Program-made: the position numbers and the translations under genes
Shown: one piece after another, positions 10,434-26,618 of the stretch
How the letters are laid out: each line of letters begins with the position of its first letter
How positions within the stretch are numbered: position 1 is the first letter of the stretch
The notes under the pieces: model-generated
What the model saw: only the letters and a program-made list of their open reading frames with translations
The model's database searches: none
What the model was told of the DNA's origin: nothing
From: Macrostomum lignano
Lineage: Eukaryota
Length of the DNA stretch: 47,020 bases
Direction of reading: 5' to 3'
Assembly (NCBI GenBank): GCA_002269645.1
Contig: NIVC01004403.1
Coordinates: 1 to 47,020, forward strand

Positions 10434-13400
10434 TTAATTAACAAATTTCCTATGACGACCCCAGTAATTCTCAATTGGCTCGGCCTTGTGGTCCCAGTTG
10501 AACTGACGGCCTGGGGCTGGCGGCAGACCCTGGCAGGGTTGGAATGTGCGCAGGATGGCATTTTCAAGTATTTAGGAATTATATAAATTAGTAAGTACAT
10601 CTTGTACTTTAAAATGACAACAAGCGCTGGGACAGAGAATGGAGTGAAATGGGGACAGAGTAAGATGGGATGAGAGGGAGATGGAGTGAGATGAAGATGG
10701 GGTGAGAGGGAGATGCGGTGAGAGGGAGATGCGGTGAGAGGGAGATGCGGTGAGAGGGAGATGCGGTCAGAGGGATTTGGGGTGAGATGGAGATGGATGG
10801 TGAGAGGGATTTGGGGTGAGAGGGAGACGGGGTGAGAGGGAGATGCGGTGAGAGGGATATGGGGTGAGAGGGAGATAAGGTGAGGAGATGGGTGAGAGGG
10901 AGATGGGGTGAGATGGAGATGGGGTGAGAGGGAGATGCGGTGAGGGAGATGGAGGGTGAGAGGGAGATGGGTGATAGAGATGGATAGTGAGAGGGAGATG
11001 GGGTTGTAGAGAGATGGGGGTGAGAAGGAGATAAGGTGAGGAGATGGGTGAGAGGAAGATGGGGTGAGAGGGAGATGGGGTTGTAGAGAGATGGGGGTGA
11101 GAGGGAGATAAGGTGAGGAGATGGGTGAGAGGGAGATGGAGTGAGAGGGAGATGGGGTGAGAGGGATATGAGGTGAGAGGGAGAGGGGCGAGAGGGAGAC
11201 AGAGTGATACGAACAGGTATGTGAGGGAGAGGACACAGGGAGAGACAGAGAGGACACATGGCATGAGTATTAGAGGTGATCAGATTATTAAATATCAATT
11301 TAAATCTCACCTGTTGTGGCAGACTACCAGAGCCACCAGTGGCAGCGGTGAGCTGTTTAATAGCAGAGCCCGAATTAGCAAACACAATCTCTGGTGGCTG
11401 GCTGAGTCGCCTCCCATCTCTGGTGCAGTAGTAGTTGGAGCTCAGCTTGTGACTGACACCCCCAGGTGGATCGATGGGCTGCACATTCCGACCAGTCTGT
11501 TGGTCTGCATACCGCAGTGCATTGTTGTACTCTCGCTAGATTAGGAATTTAGATTTAATGAGAACATTGTTTGTTAAATTTTCAAAAACTCACGATGATA
11601 AAATGCTAAAAAATGAAAAAATACACTTGACACTACTGAGTATCATTACAATACGCTTGCACTGAATTGGTTACAATAAAATTAGATACTTAAAAATATT
11701 CTACCACAATTACAGCTACAATTATAGGAAAATTCTGGGTGGCACTTTTTTTATCAAAAATTGGTTATGGATTGTGGCTAGGGAGATCTTGGCAATTGGT
11801 GGTTATAGTTAGGGCCTACACCATATAGAATTACCTGTAACTATATAAATTAAATAGAAAATTCTCTTTTTTGTAAAGAAAAGTTTTTTTTTACTTATTT
11901 TCATTTAAATTTTAATTTTAAACATTTTGGCTATCTGGTATAGATTGCATCCATATTGTTGCACCAAACTAAACAAATCACTAAATTTGAAAGACTTTTG
12001 GCTTTTTGCTTGATTGCTTTTGCTTTGGATTCACATTTATTGCTTTTCACCTTTGGAAATCAGGTTGTTTTGTTAATTTTGTTAATTTATAATTTGGCCA
12101 CAAGAAAATTTGGAATATGGAGATAACAGATTTGACCATCTGAAGCATAACAAATTATGGCTACGGAGATGGCATGATAAAATTTGGTATGGCTATGGCT
12201 ATGGAGGTATGAAATATGAAGTTGCGGCAGTACAACACTATTTAAAACCTAGCATCCTATGCACTAAAATATGAGTCTAAAAATGAGTCATAAGTCACTA
12301 AAAATTAGAGATCAGATCATATTCATATTGTTTGCACTAATAGACTAGGGATTAAAAATTGCATGTGTGGTATTGACAATGATATGGCAATAAGATTGTT
12401 TTTTGATGAAAAATAAAGGTAGTTGTTATTGATACTATGACCATAAAAATAGCAAAATGGTAATTTTTAGTCAACACATAAAACAAATGTCACGATGTTG
12501 GCGTAGCGGCTAACTATGGCTATGACCCTTAAAAGGGCCGTTTTGACGAGAGTTGTAGTGAGTTGTAGTCCCAAAATAAGTTGAAGTCAACTCTTGTAAA
12601 GTGGGTTTTGTAGCGGAGCACTTGGCAATAAAGGCAGGAACTGCCGTAGTTGGTTTTATTGGTAGTATCAATATTAGGCTTGGTTATTGCTGTCAATACA
12701 TAAACTATAGCTTTCTGGGCACTGGCAGCTGCAACAATGGTTCTTTGAAGATAAATTGGATATGAAGTCAAGTGACAGACGAATGGTGCAATGGCGACGT
12801 AACGTGATGAGCAACGGCAATGAGCACAGTGGAGGCGGTGAGTAGCAGTGGCGAGGTTGGCGTCAGCCGTGGCGTGAGATAAGGAGGCTCGAGGCAGCCA
12901 GACAGAGAGAAGGAAAACAAGGCTAGACAAGGCTGGACAAGACGAGACGGAAAACACAAGGCAGAAAACACACAAGGCAGCGAGGAGAGAGAGGCACGAA
13001 AACACGAACACAAAAACAGGGACGAGACGAGACAAGACGAGTGAAGCCCCAGCCCGCCAGGCGAGGGTTAATAAAGAGCGCAAAAGGGGGTAGCGTAAAA
13101 CACGGAGAGTTTTCATTGGCTGGCGAGAGAACTTGAAATTATCGATCGTGCCAAAATTCACAGACGAGCGCAAGGCCTACCAAATACACAGCGAATTAGC
13201 AATTGATACAAATTATTTGCACGCTACTATAAGTGAACGTTAAAATAAACTATTGTAGAAATTAAAATGAGAAATTGCAAGGGAAACTATAGTCCAACGG
13301 CCCTTTTGCGGGACCACTTAAACTAGCAACGTCACACAAACACTGTCTAAATTAAGTAATAGGTCACTTGGTTAATTAATTTTCACACTACTTTTAGGAT

Positions 13401-15384
13401 CAGCTATCTATAATAAAAAATAGCCAAAATAAAAAATCTATTTTACAAATTTAGTCTTTTGATAGCAAGAAACTTGATATATATAAGAATACTATACATT
13501 TTATTTCTAAAATCAATGTATTTTTTAATTTTTTAGTTATATTATATTAAACTATTATGCTTTCACGCATTTACACTGCGTGAGCCACTGGCTGGGGCAT
13601 TGTCCTAATAGAATAGGAGCCCCAGTGTTGCATCTTAGGGCATTTAAGTATCAATAATATGAATTTGAAATCTGTTTTATGATTCTCAGATTCTTAGCTA
13701 ACTATTTAAGAGCTTTATGAATATCAATAGACCTATAAGAAAGGCAGAATATATCAAAAGATGAGCATTGACTCATTGAGTCTAGACTGAAAGCAATAAC
13801 AACTTTCTATGCCAAAAAATGAAAACTAGCTATGTCCATTATATATTTTTCAGAAAAAAACTGCCTTGTAATTTTTTTAACAAATGGGTTTCCCTATCTT
13901 TCAATATCTGAGTAGTCTTTGGTGTATTACTATATATGCATATGTAGAATGCCAATACAACTCTAAGATACATTTTAACTAGTATATTTTTAACAAAATT
14001 CATTTAAACAAATGTACATTTTGACAAATGCATGCAAGTCTAATACATGTGGGACCCATAGTCTTATAGATGCACTGGGCGCGTGGAAACATTTTTTAGC
14101 TGCCACGGCAGTTGCCCATGACATGCGGCCAGCAGCTATGCTCTACACATTGGGCCCATAAGGCGTTGCAACAATAAAGGACCTTTTGCTATTCTACACT
14201 ACATCTGCACTACATCATGTGGATTCTTTTAGTTCATTTTCTAAAAATACAATATTATATTACATCTATCACATTCTTCTGCAAGACTAACATACTAAAA
14301 CAAGTATACTTTCCAACACCATTGGCATTGATGTCATTAGTATATGAACAAAAAACCAACTCTGAGATCTAACCTTTTGCCTTGCATTTACGGAACTCCA
14401 TTACAGACTTTTTCAAAAAATAAACAATAAAACAAAACAAAGAAAATTTTACCTACTATGTTGTAAATATATATATAATAGATTTTAAACATAGATAAAA
14501 ATACGTCTTTTATTACAAAACAGACAATACACCTACATTAACAAGAGCGTTATGTTTATTTGATTTTCTAACATGTTAGAAAATCAAAAATTTGGTTGTA
14601 ATTTATGATTTATGAGCACTGCTGCAGACTATACATGGCATGCCAATACTGCGCAATAGCACACAATTTGCTACGCGTACTAAGTGCATAGCTAAATATC
14701 TGTGAAAATGGCTCCACGCCACGCATATTCATAGGGCTATCTGCGCAGGAATTTTCACCAAAAAAGGACATCGACAAGACTATGGATGTGGACTTGGAGC
14801 TGTTATGACTGTTGCTTTTTTGACTGTCACACTTTTAATTGTCACCCTTTTAACTGTTGCCCTTTTGATCAGTTCCTTATCAATATTAATACATACTATT
14901 ATTCTTGCTTGTTACCAAAGAGGCTGTTATTGAAGTGGCTTTTACCAAAGTGGTCTGTTACTATCCAAGTCTATCCTGAGTATGAGAGCCACCCACTTGC
15001 CACATGATTTGAATTTAAAAATTCTCAGACTTAGGAGGGGGTGGAGGGGGGTCACTACTTCCATAGGCCGTAGAAGATTAACAAATCTAGCTCGCAGCCT
15101 TGCATGGCATCACCACTAAAGGTTATACAGTTTTTTTGCCTTTTTATCATTTTGGACACCCCCTTGGCTTACTGTCTGTTGAAATTTTACGAAAAATCTT
15201 ATTTATGTAGTAGTATTTTATTTTATACCTAAAATTCAAGCTTAAGAAGGCTGCTTTTAAAATTGGTACGTAAACGTAGGTGAAAAGATATGGATGCCGT
15301 TCAAAACTTATTTACCTGATAAATAAAATCACGCAGCTTTCGCATTAACGGGGTCAGCCTGTCCTTAGCTTGAGACGATGCCAT
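10434..15384 (-). CDS. NDUFA7: NADH dehydrogenase (ubiquinone) 1 alpha subcomplex subunit 7 (B14.5a), 129 aa
   Basis: Exons 15384-15316 (MASSQAKDRLTPLMRKLRDFIYQ), 11535-11311 (REYNNALRYAD...GVSHKLSSNYYCTRDGRR..PP) and 10529-10434 (GLPPAPGRQFNWD...FVN*), all phase 0 with GT-AG. SHKLSxNYYCTRDGRR is the NDUFA7 signature. Confidence 0.95.
10660..11260. repeat. ~16-bp G-rich minisatellite (GGGGTGAGAGGGAGAT)
   Basis: Fills NDUFA7 intron 2. Confidence 0.95.
12526..13312. mobile_element. Candidate CpG-rich insertion with imperfect TIRs in NDUFA7 intron 1
   Basis: CCCTTAAAAGGGCCGTT versus reverse complement CCCGCAAAAGGGCCGTT (12-bp perfect core). The interior is CpG-rich inside a CpG-poor intron. 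No TSD found. Confidence 0.4.
14056..14785. mobile_element. TIR-bounded non-autonomous element in NDUFA7 intron 1
   Basis: Left end CCATAGTCTTATAGATGC versus reverse-complemented right end CCATAGTCTTGTCGATGT. Inner inverted similarity GCGTGGAAACATTTT versus GCGTGGAGCCATTTT. No clear TSD. Confidence 0.6.
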
Positions 15385-17179
15385 TCCAATTCTATTGAAA
15401 TATTAACTAAGATAAATATTCGCTGAAAAAATCGTTCTTGCAAAATATATTTTTTAAAATAAACTTCAATTATTTTCTATCTTTTTGACTATTTCAAGTG
15501 AGAAATCCACGGGATAAAAGAATATTTTCTTGGAAAATAAGTATTCAAAAAAAAAGTAAAATTTTGTTTTAATAGGTAAATTGTAATAGTTCTTGTTTTA
15601 CGAAAAGATTTTGCGTTGAATTACATTTCTTACAGTAATAGCATTAAATTAAACATCTACAACGAATGTGATTTTTGTTATGTTATTAATGAAATAATTT
15701 TTTTCGGATAAACTCGTAACCTAGCTTGGATCCAATGAAATATACACAAATACAAAAAAGTATTGTATAATCTGGAGAAGCACCCTTTGTATTCTTCAGA
15801 GGCAAAAACAAAAGAATTTTGCTTAATATCTGATAGTCGTCCAAGTTCGTACTTAACACACATGTATGTTAATAATGTTTTATTATGTATGAATTACATC
15901 ATGTCATATCATAATCGTCAAACATAGTCTATAATTTTTAGTAAGATTTGCAGGTTAAGTATTTTCGCTACTTAATTAAGACCAGAATCGATGCGCCGAT
16001 ATGTATACAGTTCATTTGAAACCCCATTCAGCTTTTGTCGTCAGTACTGTGTTTGTAACAGCCAGCATTTTACCTACACATGTAAATACATGTACATGTA
16101 ACATGCCTAAAATGATATACATGTGACTATCAGCGCGAAGAATTGTGTCAGTCATAAGATTTTATATTTTTAATTTTTCCTTTAATGATGTGTATAATTA
16201 TAGCTACATATGTGCACGTACATCTATATAGTACGTGTTACACAATAAAGTGTACATACTGTGTATTATACAGTTGCAATCTGTACACGCCCATAGTTTT
16301 ATCAGGTGCAACTAGATTTGGATGCATACGATTTTTTACGAATATATTTGAAATTTGGGCATTGCGCATGTGAATTTGATGGAGCTGAGGATCGAAATAA
16401 TAGCAGTGCAGACTACATGTACATGTACATACTATTTTACCATTGGATGTAAGTAAAAACAAATTATAAGCACACTTTATCATAGCTCTATACATGTAAT
16501 TATAGCATTGTATGTAAAAGTGTACCCAATCGGACTATTAGACTAACTAACTAACTTACTAGACTAGACTAGTCTAGTGTACCACATGCATGCATGTCAT
16601 TACAGTACATGATATGTACAGTACATGTACGTAAGCTACAATGTACTAAGCCCGAACATTCTATTTTTTAAGGTAGCATACATGTGTGAGGATATAAAAG
16701 GTACAAAATACAATGCACCCACTTTTCAGGAAATTTGTTGGAAGATAAGCAGCTTTTAAAGCAGTCTGTTTTTTGGCGAAGCTCATATACATGTATGGCT
16801 TTAAAATTTCATTTCCTTGTTGCTTTTTTTATAGTCGGGTCAAGTCAGTACAGAAATAAAGAAGACTGCTGCAATTTCTAAGTGATTTTTGGCGTCATTT
16901 AGAATTATCAGTCGACGCTTAAAGTGCAAATCTGCGTGTTGCACTTTTATACTCTGAATTGCTCTGCACCCTGTGCTTTGTTTTGTGTTCGTTTATTCTT
17001 TTCACTCCGTATTAAACTAATTAGCGTCTAAGCAATTCGTGCTTTAATATGGGATAAATCAATTAATCTGAAATAATTACTTTGATCACAGATTTTTAAA
17101 GCATCTTTTTTGGAAAATTTTACACAAGCAAGAAAAATTGCATGTATAGCTAAATGTTTGTTTATTTCGCTCTATCCTG

Positions 17180-19000
<1,821 letters not shown>

Positions 19001-19125
19001 CATCCACATCTGACTCTTAGAATATACGCCCGTAAAGTACCCTCTTTACGATAACCATGCACAATCGTCTCTCAATCAACAAAAATTTACTATCAGCTCG
19101 CATTCAATTAACTCCCTCAGATTCC

Positions 19126-22050
<2,925 letters not shown>

Positions 22051-22229
22051 GTACTTTTGAATTATGCTCGGTTGACGAAAAAAAAAACAAAAAAAATACA
22101 ACTGATATCTCAAGGCAATTCTGTATAACTTGTTAAGATAACTGGATTATATATAGAGATCGATTGATTTTGAGTTTCACGTGATTGGCCGACGCTCCCG
22201 TGAGCCTATCAGATTAGAAATTGTTATAT

Positions 22230-22945
22230 TGGCTATCCATTCTATTCCAATTTATCTTTGATGTTCGGCTAGATTAGCAATCCATTGTATTCCTGCATCC
22301 GTGATGTTGGCTTGATTAGCAATCCATTCTATTCTTTTATCTGTGATGTTGACTAGATTAGCAATCCATTCTTCATTACTTGCTCTCCTATTAAAGGTTC
22401 CCACCGCTAGCTCATAGATGGAATTACTCTCTTGTAGTAGTAGTACAGCAAATATGTGTAATTAGCCAGCTGCAATCCAAATTTCAGTAAAAGCAATCGT
22501 ATCAATTATTAACATCTTAGTTCACAAACCCGTGTGAGAATACGAGTATATCAGCTTACTGAGGTGAAATTGGCATACATGTAGCTCATAAAAGTGCAAA
22601 ACTGTGCCCCCGGCTTGTGATAAAAATAATTGTTGGCTATAGACGATGGGGAGTGGAGTCTGGATGGCTTCAGTTCTCCGAAATCCGCACTGCATGCTAT
22701 ATACGAGAAATTCTGGAAAAGTTGTCATCTCAATGTAGGTCGCTTTAATTAAAGTGAACTAAACTGATGAATTGAGAGTAAATGAGTGAATTATAGTCAG
22801 TGAATTAGAGTTAATTAGAGTTAATTAGGGAAAATTAGAGGTATGATCGCTAATTATAGCTAATTAGAGTAATTATAGTTAATTACAGGTAATTAGAGGT
22901 AATTAGAGCTAATTGGGGTTACTCATGGTCAATTAGACTAATTAG
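22230..22945. repeat. Two short arrays: 43-bp x ~3.5 (GATTAGCAATCCATT..., 22230-22375) and TAATTAGAG-type (22790-22945)
   Basis: Direct reading. Confidence 0.7.
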
Positions 22946-23789
22946 AAGAGTGGAATGAATTTAAACGACGTGTGATAATAATGAATTAAAAATTTAATTA
23001 TACAGCTAGTGAATAGGGTGTGATCAAGAAGGATCGAGTGAGTTCTCGTAAGCCAACAAAAGTAAAGTGAACCTTAATGATTATTCATTAAATGAACGAG
23101 TACTGCATACGCATAGCATGGTTTGAAAACTAAATATTGGTTTTATGGTTAGCTTTATCAGCACCATCGTATTAAGACCAAATTAACGGACATAATAAAT
23201 AATAAGTATGCTTTTACCACTCGGGAAAAGTGTGTAAAAATTGGCAAAATCCGAGTGAGAAATTCGCTTTTTTTATAATTATTTTCCTGCACAGATAATT
23301 AATAATTGCAGCCCGACACGCGTGGGGCGAGTCGCGAGAGCTCGCGCAGGGGGCACACGGCATCCCGGCCCAATTCCCATATTTTTGATGAGGCGCACGT
23401 GTACACTGTATGCGAACTTCCAAGTGCACATGCACCATAACTATTGAAACCTTAATTGTTGACTATTCAACAGGTTATAAGTTGTACATGTGATGTAAAG
23501 TCATATACCTCAGCTGCAACAAAGAAAAAGTATACATTACACGATTAATGTTTGAAAATGTGCATTTGTTTCAAGTTTACAGTCACCTCATACATGTACA
23601 TGCATGTATAGCTTGTACATGTACGCATATCCTGAACCTCAGCTCCCCTTTGCTTATCCCAGCCACCCCAACTCCCCCCCCCGCGCGTACCAACCTCATC
23701 CTTTCAACGTATTGTTCGGAATCTTTCATGCCAATCAGATGCGTTTGACAGTTTATTTCCTTATCTCCCCAAGCTTTTTCCCGCAACGT

Positions 23790-24462
23790 TATGAGGTTTA
23801 ATATCTGGCAAATGAGCAACCATTGGACGACATTGGAGGAAGAGATCAGAATCCAAATTGGCGTCGCAATTAACCAACTCAATGATATAAAGGCTTGATG
23901 AACTTTGGCGGCTCAAGGAGTCAGTTTGAAGAGTCGCCTGAGCTCAAGATCACAAATTAAAGGCGCGGTCCGATGGGCGCGACACTGCTCGATGGGTGCG
24001 AGAGCTGTGGACTCTTGAGAGATGAAAAGTATAGAGATATACTCAAAGCATTTGAAATGAAATGTTTACACAAGAATGCGAAGGATTTTATGGAAAGAGC
24101 AAAGGACAAGTGTTTGGACTTGAAGAAAAGTAATGGGAGGTATTGAGAAAGGAACCGGAATCTGTGGAGGAGACCATCAAGTGAAGAAAGGCGAAAGCTC
24201 AAATACATGTACAGCATTACAGACTTCAGACGAGGAAAGGGAGCTGCCAATGGCAAATAATATCTGTAATCAAGGAGAATGGAAGGTGAGGAGAAGAGGA
24301 AGACCGAGAAAAAGAAGTGGGAAGATGACCTGAAAGAATGAACGGGATAGACAATTGAGAGGCTAAGAAGGGCAGCGAAGGACAGGCAGTGGTGGCGGAA
24401 GCTCATGGTGCATGAATGGGTGCGCCCAGGGCATGATGGCTACGGTAAAGAAAGAAGAAGAA
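23790..24462 (+). mobile_element. 5'-truncated, decayed RTE-clade LINE (3' end of the RT ORF)
   Basis: Broken frames read EEIRIQIGVA..., KAFEMKC..., RRRGRPRKKWEDDLKE...RAAKDRQWWRKL, the typical RTE/BovB C-terminus. Ends in an (AAG)-like tail at about 24445-24462. Confidence 0.8.
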
Positions 24463-25274
24463 ATAGTGATTCAGGTGATATTGAAGGCCGTTTTACCAAG
24501 CAACCCTGATGACGTTACCCACCAGCCGCGCTGTGATTGGACGAGAAATTGGGGTGGACGCAGCAGCAGAGAAAATGATTTATGGTGAGGGATTACGTAT
24601 AATCACATATGTAGCCCTTGAATCACATGTTTTCAAAAATATCATTAAAATTTTTTTTGAAAGCCTGTGTAACGCTCAAAAACAGTTTTATAAACAGATT
24701 TTTATTTATATTTGCATTTAGCAGAAGTTTAATTGCCTGGGGAGTTTTCTGATTAGTTTTCACCATTATACATGTAATTTTAATTCTACTGATCCGTGGA
24801 GTAAGTTTTGACTATAATTTATAGTGAAAAGTCATGAGAAATACACTAAGAATAGAAGAACTGCTGATACTACTAAAATTATCTTTAAAAAAGCAAGGTA
24901 AAATCTCTTTTTTTCTGCTCTGCACTTGCTCGCTAACTTTACATTTCATCAAACTTCCGATGTTAAGTTGTACGTGAAGTATTTGAAACAAAGTAGCCAC
25001 ATATAAAAAGCTTGTCTGTAACAATAACTAAAGTAATAATTTTTTAGTTTTTAGTTTAAATAAAAAATTGTTTTCAAATTGTTTAGAGACATTTCATAAA
25101 GTTCATATTATTGCGAAGCGCTTTTAAATGCTGTTAGTTTACAAGAAAATGGCCACGACTTTTTAAATTAATAGACAAATGACATTTCAAGACTACTTTA
25201 GCTTTAGCTATTTCAAGACGAGCCAATATAAATGTTATAAAGACATTGACATACAAAATAAAATACTGCACTAA

Positions 25275-25508
25275 CAGTGGCGGCGCATCACCTCTGATTA
25301 GGTTGGGCGGTGGTTGGGTGGTCACCCGTCTCCCCCAGCCCCAGGGAATTTGTAGAATTAGAGCAGCGCATTATGCTAAAATCTCACAAAAATGCATATA
25401 ACAAGTTCGTACTAAAAAAATTTTGGTGGGTCACCGGACGGAGGGTGGTCACCCCCCAGTTGGAGCTCCCTCTGCCCCCCCCCCCGGCCCTTGCCTGCGC
25501 CGCCACTG
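25275..25508. mobile_element. MITE with 13-bp perfect TIRs, 234 bp
   Basis: CAGTGGCGGCGCA ... TGCGCCGCCACTG, with a G-rich left and C-rich right subterminal region. No matching 8-bp TSD (TGCACTAA versus CGACAATA). Confidence 0.7.
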
Positions 25509-26618
25509 CGACAATAACAATGGTTCTTTTTGAATGTACTTATTAAGTTTTTAAAGAATAAAGGTACATGGCGAGGTCAACTTTTTTGTAAGATTGTATC
25601 TACCCAAGAGAGTTGTATCTACCCAATGCAGTTTCTTATATACTCGTAGTTTGATTAAAAGATCAAACAAAGATTTATAAATTTTTATTTGTTACAATAT
25701 TTTTTTATTACTAAATAATAATGCTTTTCATTTTTAAGGTGAAAATAAAGTTCTTAACATTTTTTAATTTCCAAATCTAGGCTACATTACAATTATGACT
25801 AAATAAATTTAATTCAATCCAATGTAATTTTTAAGGCAACATTTCTACATATAATTATAATAGGCATCAGCTTAAAGCAAAGAAAACATGTGTTAATAAA
25901 TTAAAAGTGTCAATTTAAAATAAATATTTTCTGATGGCAGTCTAGTATCAAGGTTTTAAATTTCAATTCAAGTTGAAACATCAAATATGCTAATATTAGG
26001 CCCCTAGTTTAAATCAAAATATAACATTTGCATAGATATGAAATTTATTGGCATTAATATAACACTTTAAGTCAAGACTGAGTGCCATATATTTTATTCA
26101 TGAGTTGTTTGAAATAAACAAAAAAAATTTTCTTAAAAACTTCAACTGTATATATACTATTGATAAAAATGTTTTTTAGTTTATTCTTAGATTTATTTAC
26201 ATATTATATGCTACTATGCTGTTTAATGTGTTGTAGCACTTATATACAACAAAATGTATAAAAAATTTTTAGATATCCAAAAATTGTATAATTAAATAAT
26301 AATAATTATTAAAAGATTGATTGCTTTAAAAATATTAAAAGTAAAATGAAACAAATTAAATTGCATCTAGCTTGAAAAAAGTTTCACTTTTCAATTTGCC
26401 TAAATTAAATGTTAGATGTTTATTATTGTTTAAAAAGGCTTTCTTAATTTAAATTTTTATTCAAGTTTTCTAATATCAGACAATTATTCACTTTACTGCT
26501 TGTAGTAGGAGTGAATGTTTTTGTTATTCTGTTAGTTGCAATGCAGTGTTTGGCATTTTTGTTCATGAAGAACGATTGTGATAAAATTATAAGCATTTAC
26601 TGCCTAATAATTTATGTC

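Noticed and set aside
12529-13173. 214-aa minus-strand ORF in NDUFA7 intron 1
   Set aside because: Non-ATG start, low-complexity pyrimidine-rich sequence and no recognisable domain. Better explained as part of an insertion.
23214-23460. CpG-rich patch with short inverted repeats (CACTCGG...CCGAGTG; CGCGAG-AG-CTCGCG), possible Helitron/HINE end
   Set aside because: No definable termini or TSD and arms of only 6-7 bp. Cannot be classified without a repeat library.
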